DNA of 63,811 bases, filler included, from Intoshia linei (lineage: Eukaryota > Animalia > Orthonectida): assembly GCA_001642005.1 (NCBI GenBank). It is 4 parts of 4 records of this genome, joined end to end, with 100 filler letters (N's around TTAATTAATTAA, not from the genome) between each part and the next. Parts side by side here need not be neighbours in the genome. Positions count along the whole stretch, not along the records: positions 1 to 28,665 come from LWCA01000405.1; 3 more parts are not named here. The stretch is one strand, 5' to 3'. A model generated the notes under the pieces. That model saw nothing but the letters and a program-made list of their open reading frames with translations, had not been told where the DNA came from and searched no databases. Each line of letters begins with the position of its first letter. The first letter of the stretch is position 1. Made by a program: the position numbers and the translations under genes. Below are positions 1 through 12,300 of the stretch, piece after piece.

Positions 1-1322
1 GCAAATTGAATATTTTCAAAATATTCATATAGTGGAAGGGTGTACTTTTGATATGAAAATTTATTCACACCCCTAGTGGTGATAGTACATAAAATTGCAT
101 CAGAAAAAGTGAAAAAGTTAAGCATGTCAAAATTATGATGACCAATGAGATCTGCAACTGTGTTTTTAATTTATAGGCAATAAACAATAGATTAAAGAAT
201 TTATAGATGTCCCAATTTAAAAAATTTTTTATAGAACCCTACAATTTCCATCTAGTTGACTCTTCATGACCCTCCTACGATCACTAGTATTATTATATTA
301 ATATACATAGAACTCTACAAATACATTTCATAGGTCCAGGGTACATATGGTTATTTAGATCTAATAAAATTAGAACAATTAATGTAAATTAAAATATGCA
401 ATCAAAATTCATATCAAACTATTTTCCCGAAAAATGTTGATAATATAAATGTAACCTGAAAATGTCCATTTGTTTTTCATTCTTATAAAAAAGGCTTTGC
501 CAAATCTAATAGGTCTGTCATAATTAAATTATAAAAAATTTCAGTGACAAAATAATAACAATGTTTTATGGTTTCAACATTAATTTTCAAAAGATAACAC
601 GTAATCTGATTCAAAAGACATTGACATTTAAAATTACCAAAATGTCGTCAAAAATTTGAAAATGTACAAAATTAATATAAATATGTCACTAAAACATTCC
701 CATCAAAACTAATATTTTGCTATATTCATATTACAAATATACGACATTGTAAACATAAATCTGTGCGACATGATCCAAATATGATATAATCCTAAGTTCG
801 TGTTCTTATTTTTATATAGTCTTATTGTTGTAATTACCAAATATTGATAGTTTTTTGTTTGAATATTATATTTGAGTTCCAATAATAAAATAAATATAGT
901 TTGTGATTACATTGGAGAACCTATACACCTAGATCAGTTGTTTCCGGTTAAAATTCGGGACCCAATTTCAAAAAATGACATCAGAAAAGTTTAAAAAATG
1001 TACGTTTCATTTGTTTCTTTGTAATTAATTATCATCATATCATTGAGAGATAATACGATAACGGAATTAAGTTTGTAAGTGTATTAAAAGTAGTAAATAA
1101 TACTAAAAAAACTAATTCATCTGATAAACCACCAGTTATACCGGTTTGAACCGAAAAGTCATGGTCCTAATCAACAAACACTGATTTAGATGTATAATTT
1201 TCATATAATTTAAAAACGAGAACAGTTTGAATACATTGTGACGTTCTAACGCAAATTGTTTCATTACAATGGGGTAGCTTCAGTCTAAGGGTTGATAAGC
1301 CGTAGTTGGTTAAATTTTGTCA

Positions 1323-1750
1323 TCCTTACTTACATCAATTATTTAGTTAAAAATGTATGTCTCATTTTCAGAAATTGAGTCATTAAAGGTCAAAAACCCC
1401 AACTGTCCTTTTTTTATAAATTCCAACCCGTCCCAGAATTATAAAAAATACACAATCTGATAAAAAGTTTAAATTCATCAACATTATGATGATTTTCAAT
1501 TTCAAAATCTTATATTTTCACGATCAAAACCACAAATTACCCTTTTTTTAAAAAATAAAAACAGTCCTAGAATATTAAAAAACAATACAGATGATAGTTT
1601 TATCCAGTTAACACACAAAAAATTTCAATCTGATAAAGTGACAGTGAAAAGTAGCATTTTTAAGTTAGATTTTTTTTGGTAAAATTAAAAAAAGTCCGCC
1701 CTTGGCAGAGCTAGGTGCTGATTGTACGTCGTACATAAAAATTAATCTAG
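1323..1750 (+). mobile_element. Non-autonomous Helitron-like element (short copy with both termini)
   Basis: a|TCCTTACTTA...CTAG|t insertion, with a TGTAC-gtc-GTACA hairpin shortly before CTAG. The body is shared with many other copies in the window. Confidence 0.72.
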
Positions 1751-1769
1751 TTAATAAATAAAAATATAC

Positions 1770-3292
1770 TGATCAATTGCGTCAAAAAATTCATCCTCGG
1801 TACTACATAAACTGTGTTGCATGCTGTGATATGACCCATGATCGTTTATCTTTATTTCTATAATTTTCATATACTTAAATAGTACATTAGATAAAAACTT
1901 TTTCTATACAATGTCATTTAATTTCAACATCTCACATCATTTCCCAGTATTTCAATATAGTAAATTTGATTCGGTACTATTAAAAATACTTTCATATTAC
2001 TGTTAAATTTTTGCAGAGTGGGGCGTTGATAAATTTTTGGCTTGTAAAACGGGTTATTTATTATTATATTACATTTGATCACTGAGATAAATAATTAATT
2101 TATTCTATTGACTTGGAAAACATTTGTAATTCTTAATAAATCAAAAAAAAATTTTCTAAATTCTTAAATGCATATTATAATAATTATTGGCCGTAGTCCA
2201 AAATCTTTTTGGTTGTTGTATACAAAAAATGTGAGAAAAACTGATTTAGATTATCAAATTTAAATGTATCAACTTTCCAAAATTAATTACATCAATATTA
2301 TCAATAAGTGGTAATATACATCACTTTCAATGTTGATTATAATTAACAGACATGTATAAATTAAAATAATAATATATTGACCTTCAGGATATTTTAATAT
2401 AAAAAGTATAATTTTATTTTGATTTTTTAGGAACACTTCAAAAATTTTAAGACACATTATGCATATTAAAAATCAATAAGGTTAAAAACTTTTAAAATCG
2501 ACCTGAATAAAACATGCTCAGGATACATTACATTTGATAAAAAAGAAATTACAATCGATGATATAATTATCAATATAATGAATATAAAAATAAATATAAA
2601 ACTTACTTTTCGTCGTATCTAAATGAAACATATAATAAAAATATTAAAACTCGAAAGAAAAATTAAATAGCAATTACCTTCTTGATTTTCTTCAGTTTCC
2701 GGAGTTATAGAATTCGAATTTGAAGAAGCTGAAGAAACGTTGAAGGAATGAACAGAACCGGCAACATTATCATTAGAATTTGAATAGCTTTCATAACCCG
2801 CAATATCTTAAATAAATAATAATTTTGAAAAAATTAAAATTTTTAGAAAAAAACTAAATCTTACTTAAATTGGACAAAGGTATAAAGGATTCCCTTGGAC
2901 AGACAACGTTTTGCTATAATTACAGTACATAAATAATTATTTGTAAAAATAAAATTTTATAATTTTATTAAGCATACCTTTGATATTTGTAATAATATAA
3001 TACAGGTAGTGGTGCTTTCTATGAAAACCTAAAAATAATAGTAAAATAGAATATTGAAATTACATCTATTTTTTTAATTAAATTTTCAAATATTTTTCTA
3101 CGTTCCAGAGCGATGAGTGTAGTGGACGTTATATCATGAATACGTTTAATCAAATTCTACACAAATAAAATAATTAAACAAATTAATGAAATGTACTTTT
3201 TTCTTTTCAGTCAACAAAGTCAGATAGGAATCAGCTTCACACATGCGACGGTAGAATATTTCAATATTTTCATTTTTTTGTGAATTATGCAT
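1770..3292 (-). CDS. OSBPL9: Oxysterol-binding protein-related protein 9-like, 5' part (ORD presumably left of the window)
   Basis: Spliced exons 3292-3197, 3156-3064, 3028-2978, 2913-2865, 2806-2678, 2618-2607 and 1857-1770 are all GT-AG and in phase. They give MHNSQKNENIEIFYRRMCEADSYLTLLTEKKK..KKIDVFIESTTTCIILLQISK..STEDEFFDAID. This matches the recalled ORP9 coiled region (FDKKLTEADAYLQILIEQ / VESIKHCIVLLQIAK) and contains a canonical FFAT motif, EFFDA. Confidence 0.82.
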
Positions 3293-3387
3293 TGAAAATA
3301 TGATTTAATATAAAATAAACTTTACTTTGTAAATTTTTAACTAATGAACCAATATGTATTTTGCCCATTTAAAAGAAGCATAACTTG
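3293..3387. promoter_or_regulatory. Probable bidirectional promoter between the OSBPL9-like gene and POP1
   Basis: The two divergent ATGs are only 95 nt apart; the spacer contains TATAAAATAAA. Confidence 0.5.
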
Positions 3388-6300
3388 ATGGAAGTGAACG
3401 ATTTGAATGTAAAAGGATTTGTAGAAAGTCGTATTAAAGAATTGAAGGAAATGGTAACATATGTGGAAACTAGAACCGGAATGCAAGGTGTTTTGCAACG
3501 CTTACCAAAATTTAGTCGTCGTCGTGCTGCAAGTCATAATTCAAAACGTATTCCCAGGTATTTAAGAAATCGGTGTATGAATGACACAAATATTCCTAAA
3601 TCACGATATCATCGCCGACGCCATTGTAATTTGAAAAACATACACAATAATTTTGATTCCAAAGTAAAATGGATCGAAAGCCACATTTGGCATGCAAAAA
3701 GGTTTAAAATGGAGATTTTGTGGGATTATAAGATTCCCGTTAAATGCAACGATAAAACTTTTAGAAAAAATAAAAGATCTTTAGATAATTATGCGGCTAT
3801 TTCGGTATTTTTAATAAAATTTTAAATTTAAACCATTTTTAGGATATTTCCTATTATGAATTAATTGAAGTTGCTTGTTCTACCTCTTCGATAATATTTA
3901 ATTTTGATTTATTTTTTCATAACTTTGAATTTATTCCACAAAAAATGCAAACTTATGTGATATTTAACCATTTAACAAAAAACCCTATTGGGCCTGTTCA
4001 AATAATGTGTCGTTATTCCAAGAATGTTAAAGATAATGTTGTATGGATTTGGTGTCATCCTAGTATTACTAAGATTGTTTTTTCTACAATTTCAAACAGA
4101 TTAAATTCACCTGAAACATCAAAAAATTTATTAAAAAAAAATATGATGGAAAAGTTTTCCCAAGCTGTTTTCAGTTCAAATAATTTCTTATTTGAAACAT
4201 CGCATATGGATTGTGTTAGGTTGATTAATAATAGACCTTCCATTCTGAGAATACTTGGACCAATGTCTTCTAATTTACTATATTCTATGCTTCAAAATAT
4301 CAATACTGGTAAATCTGAAAATTTTGCAAATTCGGATTGGACAACTTGGAATATGTTTAATCAAAGCGGTGGAAATGTTTTTAAGGATAAACATATTTTG
4401 TCTTTATCAACTTTATGCCCTATTCCTCAATATTCAAATGTCAATAAATTTTGGAGAAAAAACACTAAATGTATTTATTATTGGTTTTTTTCTTTTAAAT
4501 GTATAGTCTAAGGAGGTGTAACGGGTCCGTCCATCCTATTATTTTCAAATCGACCCATATAACGATTTGTCTTTTCTTACTATAACTTTGAATTTAAGTG
4601 AAAAATGAAATAAAATTTGAATTATAATTGCAATTGTTGTAATACATATTCCTGTTAAATGGAACCCAAAACCCGAGATTACCCATTTTTTAAAAAATCA
4701 TAATAGTACTAAAATTTAAAAAAATTTCAGTTGATACAGCTATATCCAGTCAACAAACATAAAAAATTTCAATCACAAAATTATTTTTAAAATTCTTTAC
4801 ATAAATGTTAACAAAATTAAATTAACTGGGAATAATTCACTTTAAATTAAAAGGTAATGTGAATTGACGGGTCCATGGTTAAACAAGTTTAGGAAACATT
4901 CCTATAAAGGATTGATAATAGTTAATGTAACATTTTTAAGTAAGATTTTATTATTGAATTTATTTTTTGGGTGGAATTATAAAACTACGTTTTCGACGGA
5001 GCTAGGATGCTGTTTTTACGAATTACATAACAGGCATTACTTTATATAAGTAAGGATAATTAAAATTTAGAAATATCTGGTTTTTAAAAATAGTAACACC
5101 GGTAAATTTGCATCATATTTCTTTAAATTAATTTTAAATATAATTACATCTACATATAATTATTTTTAAACTGTATCATTATTTGTTTGAGACTAGCACA
5201 GTTGATTACCCTATTTAATATCAAAGTTGTCATTTTATATAGTTAATTGAGAATTAAATAAAATTAAATTGTATTCATTATTATACAAATTTAGCTTATG
5301 CTCATACTTGTGATATACAAATGTACCAAGGAAAAGCCGATCAAATAGAACAGAGTGATTTGTGGAATTATGATAAAAGAGACACACTTTTCAAAACTTT
5401 TTCTAAAGGTATTTTTTAAAGAGAATATTCTTAAACCCAACCATTTTTACTTAAACCCATCATTTTTACCAATCCTGAACGGCAAAACCCACTTTTATAA
5501 ACTCTTTAGGAAAGAAGTTTAGTCTTGCCAACCCTAAAATTAAAAAATCAGTTGTACCAAACCTTTATGGAAAATTACAGTTTAACAACCCTAAAAGGAA
5601 AAATGCAGTATAGGTTTAACGTTTTAGTATGGGTAAAAGCAGATTTTTGCCTAAAGAGTTGATAAAACTGATTTTTTCACTGAAGGGTTATTAAATTTTG
5701 ATTTTTAGTAAAAATGGTTAAATTTAAGTAGACATTGTTTTTTAAAATATTTATATTACAATTTCAGATTTACATTGTATTGTCATTAGTGCTGGCAATC
5801 GATATATATTTTCGATAAATGTATCGATTAATTGATTTAAATTAAAATTTCTATCATTTAATCTTGAGAAAAATTCTTTCAAAATAGCATATTAAATTAT
5901 TATAATGTACAGGTCTCCCTCGATTAACGCGGTATTTTTTTTTGTGTTAATTCTTCAATGGTGTTCATCTTTCACATAGTGAAAAATGAATTTAACGCGA
6001 ATTTTAAAATTAAGATATGCTGGCATTATAAATCGGGTTAATCGAGGGAGACCTGTACATTATAATAATTTAGTTTAGATTTTTTAATTTTTTATCGATA
6101 AATTTTATTTGTATTGATTGCCAGCAATACAATGGTCACTTTGGGAGGGTTTTAGATTAATGACAATAATTAATTCAGTATGATGATTTATTCATATTAT
6201 GAGATTACTTTAATAATTAATCATGATTTTAAATAGTTTAATGTGGTCAATATAATCAATTTAACCCTTACGAGACAATTGCATGTATAGATGCCAAAAA

Positions 6301-9019
6301 CTACACTCATAAATTTACATTGGTTTGTATACAAACCATAATAAGGCGGTATCAATATAAATTATGAACAAATTACTGCTCATTAGTGATTGTGATTTCC
6401 CGGGAAATGACAATAATCGAGAACCGGGAATTTAAAAATTAAATTTCTCGGGTCCCGGGAATTTCCCGGGAAAAATAAAAATTTTAGAGACCTAAATTTT
6501 AGAAACAAAAAGAATAAATTTCTTGATGAATTTAAAAATTAATGAAATAACAAGAATCTAGATTGAAATTTCAAATTTAATTATTAAAAAATTTATTTAT
6601 TTTAGATTGTTCAAAAAGTCTTTCAAAACACACATAATATTGATAGATTGGTCTTTTAAACGGGTTCTACTTTTTGTAACGAATTAGAAGCATTAGAGAC
6701 ATTTCTTTCATTTTGTGTTGACGTAGGTTGAACGGTCATAAGGGCTTCCTTTAATTTTAAAAATCTTTATGATAGCGTTCCAGTTCATAACAACTCATAA
6801 CATTTTTCAAAATAATATTGGAAAAAAAGGATAATTCCCTTAAACGTTAGTAATTTGTGGATGAAATAAGAGATTTTTAAAAAAAATATTAGAAAAAGGA
6901 TATTTTTCTATTAAGGGCTGGATAATTAGATTTTTTATTTGTGGTTTGATGAAGTGGATTTTTTTCATAAGATTTCGTAAAATCGGATTTTTGAAAAGAA
7001 TATCGATGTAAGACAATTTTTCCATTAGGGCTTCAAATGATATTTTTGATAAAATTTTATTAGTGGTGGGATTTTTGAAATGGTAAATTTTAATTATTAT
7101 AATATAATCATATTTTAAGTAATAACAAACAAATCAAATACAGGTATGTCTTAATTTTTTTGGGAAATCCCGGGAATTTTGTCCCGGCACAATCACTACT
7201 GCTCATACAATAACATGTAATATGCATAAAAATTAATTTATTATCAATGTTTACTTTGTGGCAACAATAAAATAAATTATATTCTAATAAAATACAATCA
7301 CGCGACAGTTTGTAATTACGTGTCATAAATTAAATATATTTTATTGCTAATTCTAAGCCAAATTTAAGTTGTTCACTTACAAATCAATGACATTTGAAAT
7401 TTCTGAATTTTAAGCTTTAAATTTTAGTGTTTTTTAACATTGCAAAAGTTAAATTTTTTGCTTTTAATTTTGAAAATCAGCATAGTCTTGTAAGGGTTAA
7501 TATTAATCGAGAGTCTCGATTCGAGACACTTGGACAATATCGAAAAGAATAATATAATATTTTATTTCTATTGGCTGCAATTTTATTTATCAAATAAGTG
7601 CATTATTGAATCTTCAAAATGTTTTAGAATTTTTTATTTAGAACCAGGTTTCGTAACTTTTTAGTCCCCTTAAATAAATACAAAATAAATCATTTTAAAT
7701 TAGATTGCTTTTTAATTTTTTTGCGTATTATTTGAGTTTCATGTCTTGATTTGAAATAATATTATTCAATTCTGGTCAATTTTATTTCTTTCAGTGATAA
7801 TATTCTGTAACATTATCAATAATTCGAGTCCTGCAGAAATCAGAATTTTTTTATCAGTTATTTATAAAACATTTTTTAAATATACGGTAAATAAAATAAC
7901 ACAGACATTCAATTTTATATAAATAAAGGATTCTCAAATTTATTCGTTTGCCGCGAAAGTTATTTTTATATAATGGGTTTCGTATGTCTTAAATTTTGGG
8001 ATACTCTTGTAAGATATTGATGATATTTAATTTAGATAATAAAATAAAGATTCCTATTTTGCTTTGCCGAATAGCACCAGATTCAAATTTCGACAAATCT
8101 AATGATTTTACAAGTATCGATTCAAAAACTCATCAAGGATGGGACTTGATTATTCCTAAAGGCTATTTGATGCAATTTTTACTGACACTTGTGTATAAGG
8201 GCGTGTCAGTTTTATCGATAAATGATTTATATACACACAATGCTGAAGTTGGTTTAATTTCATTTCCTTTGGATTATATTGACTGTGAATCTTATAAGGA
8301 TTATTCAAACGAAAAAATAAATTTGAAACAAAACGAATATAATGCTAAACCTGCTTCAAAACGTGTGAATTACCTCAAAAATGGATTTAACCACGCCTTT
8401 ACTGAACCGTGTTTAATGTGGAATAGTCTCAGCTCCCTGTTTGAAAAATTAAACGTAAATGAATTCAAATGGTTGAATTTGCCTTTTAAAGAAATTGAAC
8501 ATAGCTCTGTGTTGATTTTACGAGATTTCAAAGTAAAGCTGGAAATTGAATTTTTATTGAGTTTTAAAAAAAACTTTAAAACTGAATATACCAATATTGT
8601 GAAAAAATATATAAATAATAATTCTTTTATACCTGTAAAAATAGTGCAAACTAAAGGAAAAGTTATGGAAACTGGTGCATTTGTCTGTGTACATGATTTT
8701 TACCCAACTGAATGTGAATTTTATACTATGGATGATATTGAGAAAGATTTATTTAAAAATGGTGTAATTGGATTTGTAACCAATCCCACATATTCTTTGA
8801 AACATTCTAGATCAATAGCAATTGCATTTGTCAATATTAGAGCACTTATTATTTGTTTAATTCGTAAATTATGTAATTTAAAATTTAATTATCCTAACTG
8901 TTCGTGGATTAATGTGTAATTTAGACATTTCAGAAACTGTAAAATTTGAAAAACTGTCATTTTTTGTAAAAAGTAAAAATTGGTCCAACAGTGTCGAAGC
9001 AAATTTGACTGTGATATAA
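3388..9019 (+). CDS. POP1: Ribonuclease P/MRP protein subunit POP1
   Basis: POP1 motifs QRLPKFSRRRAASHNSKRIP, WIESHIWHAKRFKM and DISYY, plus POPLD GWDLIIPKG. Exons approx. 3388-3804, 3843-4470, 5296-5408, 8036-8863 and 8925-9019. Confidence 0.93.
4655..5056 (+). mobile_element. Helitron-family fragment(s)
   Basis: Shares the internal subrepeat and the 3' motif GAGCTAGGATGCTG..TACATAACAG. An inverted 5' terminus (TATATAAGTAAGGA) follows. Confidence 0.5.
5910..6055. mobile_element. Tc1/mariner (pogo/Tigger-like) MITE
   Basis: TA|CAGGTCTCCCTCGATTAAC ... GTTAATCGAGGGAGACCTG|TA. Confidence 0.7.
6265..7496. mobile_element. piggyBac-type MITE carrying a nested hAT element
   Basis: TTAA|CCCTTACGAGAC ... 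GTCTTGTAAGGG|TTAA; homologous to 25507-26038. Confidence 0.82.
6384..7198 (-). mobile_element. Internally deleted hAT transposon
   Basis: TIR TAGTGATTGTG/CACAATCACTA and a perfect 8-bp TSD, CTGCTCAT. A minus-strand relic, ALMTVQPTSTQNERNVSNASN/VTKSRTRLKDQSINIMCVLKDF, resembles the hAT C-terminal dimerisation domain. Confidence 0.85.
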
Positions 9020-9371
9020 TTTGTAAATTAAATTTTATTATACGAACAAAACTGAAACTCGGTTTCTATTGATCCATTTGTTTTCTTATTCTTTTTGAAT
9101 ATATGTATTTGCCTGTTATGTTAAATTAAATTTTGTACATTTCAAATACTGCAAATAAGTAAATGTTATGTTTTACTTTTTATTTACATAGGGTTCAGCT
9201 TAATGTTACATTTAAAATGTATTGCTTCGTCAATTTGAATGCCTATTTAATAGATTAAAAAATTTTAGTGTCAATATGCTAAAATGACTATTTTTTATCT
9301 TAAAAGTATAATTATAATATTTTTATAATATTGCTTTTCGTGTATTTGAGGAATGTACAATATTTAATAAA

Positions 9372-12300
9372 TTATGAATTACAGTTTATGGATCGATGAT
9401 ACTTTGATTTTATTTGGTTAAATTCATCATTGTTGTTATCCTCATTTGGAAATACTACATCGTCAAAAATGTATTGATTTAAAAGACGAATTCGTTTGGC
9501 TGCATCCCCAGAGTATGAAAGATTAGAGTTGCTGTACTCAAAAGTTTTTGCTTTTTTTCGATTTATTTCGAATTTATTCTAAATTTGTTTAAATTGTATT
9601 GCACTCTTAAACATTGTATATTGCTTACCAAACAATCGTTGTGGTTTTGTTGTCTAAGGTGGTGGAATATGTCTTCCACCATACTTTTCTTTGTGATTGG
9701 TGGTTTTACTTTCTCAATAAATTTTTTACAAGTGTAATTTTTCTCGTTCAACTAACTTTTTAATTACAATCATGATTCATTAACAAATAAATTAAAAAAA
9801 TTTAAATTAATTTTATTTTATTATTATTTTGTAAATAGTAAATAAATTACCAGGAAAGATCCGTTTATCCCTGAATTATCGAAATTGTAAATGTAACTTA
9901 ATGAACATTGTGTTTTAATCCAATTGCAGACACAATTGTTTGTCCAAAGTAAAAGGCTTTTTTTCTTTTGACACTCCGACAGAGAATTGTACTATGAAAA
10001 GGTTATTATAAACTGGAATTATACGTCTGTAATTCTTGGGTTTAATGAGTCGATATATTTGTCGAGATTGTAGTTGTAAAGTTGCATTGCCAAAATACTG
10101 TAACGTATGCTTTGCATGTCCGAATAATTATTTATTTTCATATGTGCCAAATCGCACTAATGTGATAATAAATCATTGTTGTAAATAAGGGCTTTTGTCA
10201 CTTAATTGGTTGTTAAAAGTAGCTTAGTTTATTGATTAAAGTGAATTTATGACAAGGATTGTTGAAATGTTTGATATAAATTTTTTGTTAAGATTTGATA
10301 AAAGTAACATTTTTCTCAATCGTTGGTGAAAAATGATACTTTTCGTGGCATACCAGGACTATTTTAAATAGTTTGAACCTTTAAAGGAGTCGTTAACGAA
10401 ATTCCCCCAAAAATGTTGATAAGCTGTGAGTCAAAGTTTAAGTTATTTACCTCAGTTAGTGTTATGAATACATCACCATATATGAGATTAGTTCCGAAAT
10501 TGTTTGCATACTTGCACAAACCCACCATAGTCAACCATTCTAATAATTTAATATAAATAAAAAAATAACTGAAAATTACTCAACACCCATGAAAGGGTAA
10601 CTAAAGAATGGTTTTCATCTTCAATCTCTCCCTTTAATCGTTTTATGCCCATTACCAATCGTTTCTGATGAAGAGGGTTGGTCATATTTAATTTCTAGTA
10701 TTTAAAAAAACTCTTTAAACAATGATTGTACCTCAAAAACGTAATTATTGGTGTTAGCGAATATTCGACTGACAGTTAGACGGGTAACTTTGCGATTCTT
10801 GTCAGAATTTGCATACATTTGCAAATCGAATAAAGCGAGAAATTCATTTAAATTATTTTGATAAGGTTCAATCAATTTTGGAATAGAAACGTCAATTTGT
10901 CTAAATTGTAAATTTACTTTGATAATAAAAAGTTTACTTGGAATTGCATATTCCTGAATCCCGTATTAATCTTTCCATTTTTCCATCAATTTTTTTGTTC
11001 TTAAATCGATTTATGTAATGATATCGAGTATCAACATTATTATTCATATCTCCTGTTTTTGTTCTTTCAAGTTTTTTTCTTGACTCGTTGTACATTGTTT
11101 GACTTCGATAATCACATTTTTTATTCACCACGCAGTAACTGCTACTATCAGATTTAATGCTATCAGAATCCGAATCGTTGTGTGATATTTCATCTAAAAA
11201 TTTTTTCGAAGGTAGTTTCGTGTTCATTTCAGATAAATTGAACAAATCAACTTCTTTGCATTTTATTTTATCAGTAACATGATTTAAACTAGGAATATCC
11301 AAACAACTGATCACATCTTGAGTATTTACATTTGTAACTTTTCTTACAGATAAGTTGGGTTCTACTGACAATAAATCACATGAAACCGGTCTCAGTTTTG
11401 ATGGTACTTTGTATCCACTCTCGTCGTATCGTAGTTTTTCTAATTTTATATTGTTTTATATGGCAGGTCAGATCAAAATATACCTTTGAAAACACAATTA
11501 TCTCCATTTACAGTATCGTAACATTGTTCTGAAATGGTATTTGACATTGTTAGAATCGCACTTTGTCTTTTGATGGGAATTTGAGATAAAAAATTTTTAG
11601 AGCTTCCATTGTGTTTGGAGTATTCTACAATTTTTTCAATAAAATTACTTCGAATATGTTTGGGATTCAAAAAATCATAAGAATTGTTTAATAAGAGTGA
11701 TTCTATAGCTGTGGTGTGTTCTATAAAATGATAAATTTTACTGTAAATCTTTCACTCTATAAAAGATAACCAAAACTTTGTCATCATATTTTGATGGATT
11801 TTTTGGTATAGGGATTTTCCAAAAAATTTAAATGGTTGTGTTATCTAAATTTTAAACTCAAAATTCTGATAATGGCCTTGTAATTTATACCTGTGCAGTG
11901 CACTGTCAGCATGATATATTAAATTTAAAAAAAATGGAGAAACTTAATTTTTAAACAAGACTAAGAATTTTTTTTTTTAACACTAGTAAAAGGTAGTAGG
12001 TAAATAAGTCTCAAGTAAATGTAATATAAAAATTAGATATTATGAACAAATTTTTACCAAACTTTCAAAAGGGAATTTTCAGAATAGTTTTTTTATCGAA
12101 TCTTAAAGGGTTAGGGTTTTATAAGATTTTAATACCAAGATTTGAAAGGGAATTTTCAGATTATTCTTTTACAAACATTATAAGGAAATTTTAGGGTATT
12201 TTTTATCAAACCTTAAGGCTTAAACGGAGGGTTTTTAACGTTTCTTAAAACCGCTTCTTTAAAGTTTGATAAATCATGTTCATAATATATAATTTTTATA

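Noticed and set aside
236-290. FHLVDSS*(W)P resembling the cox3 N-terminus (possible NUMT)
   Set aside because: The similarity covers about 9 residues and does not continue into a transmembrane helix in frame.
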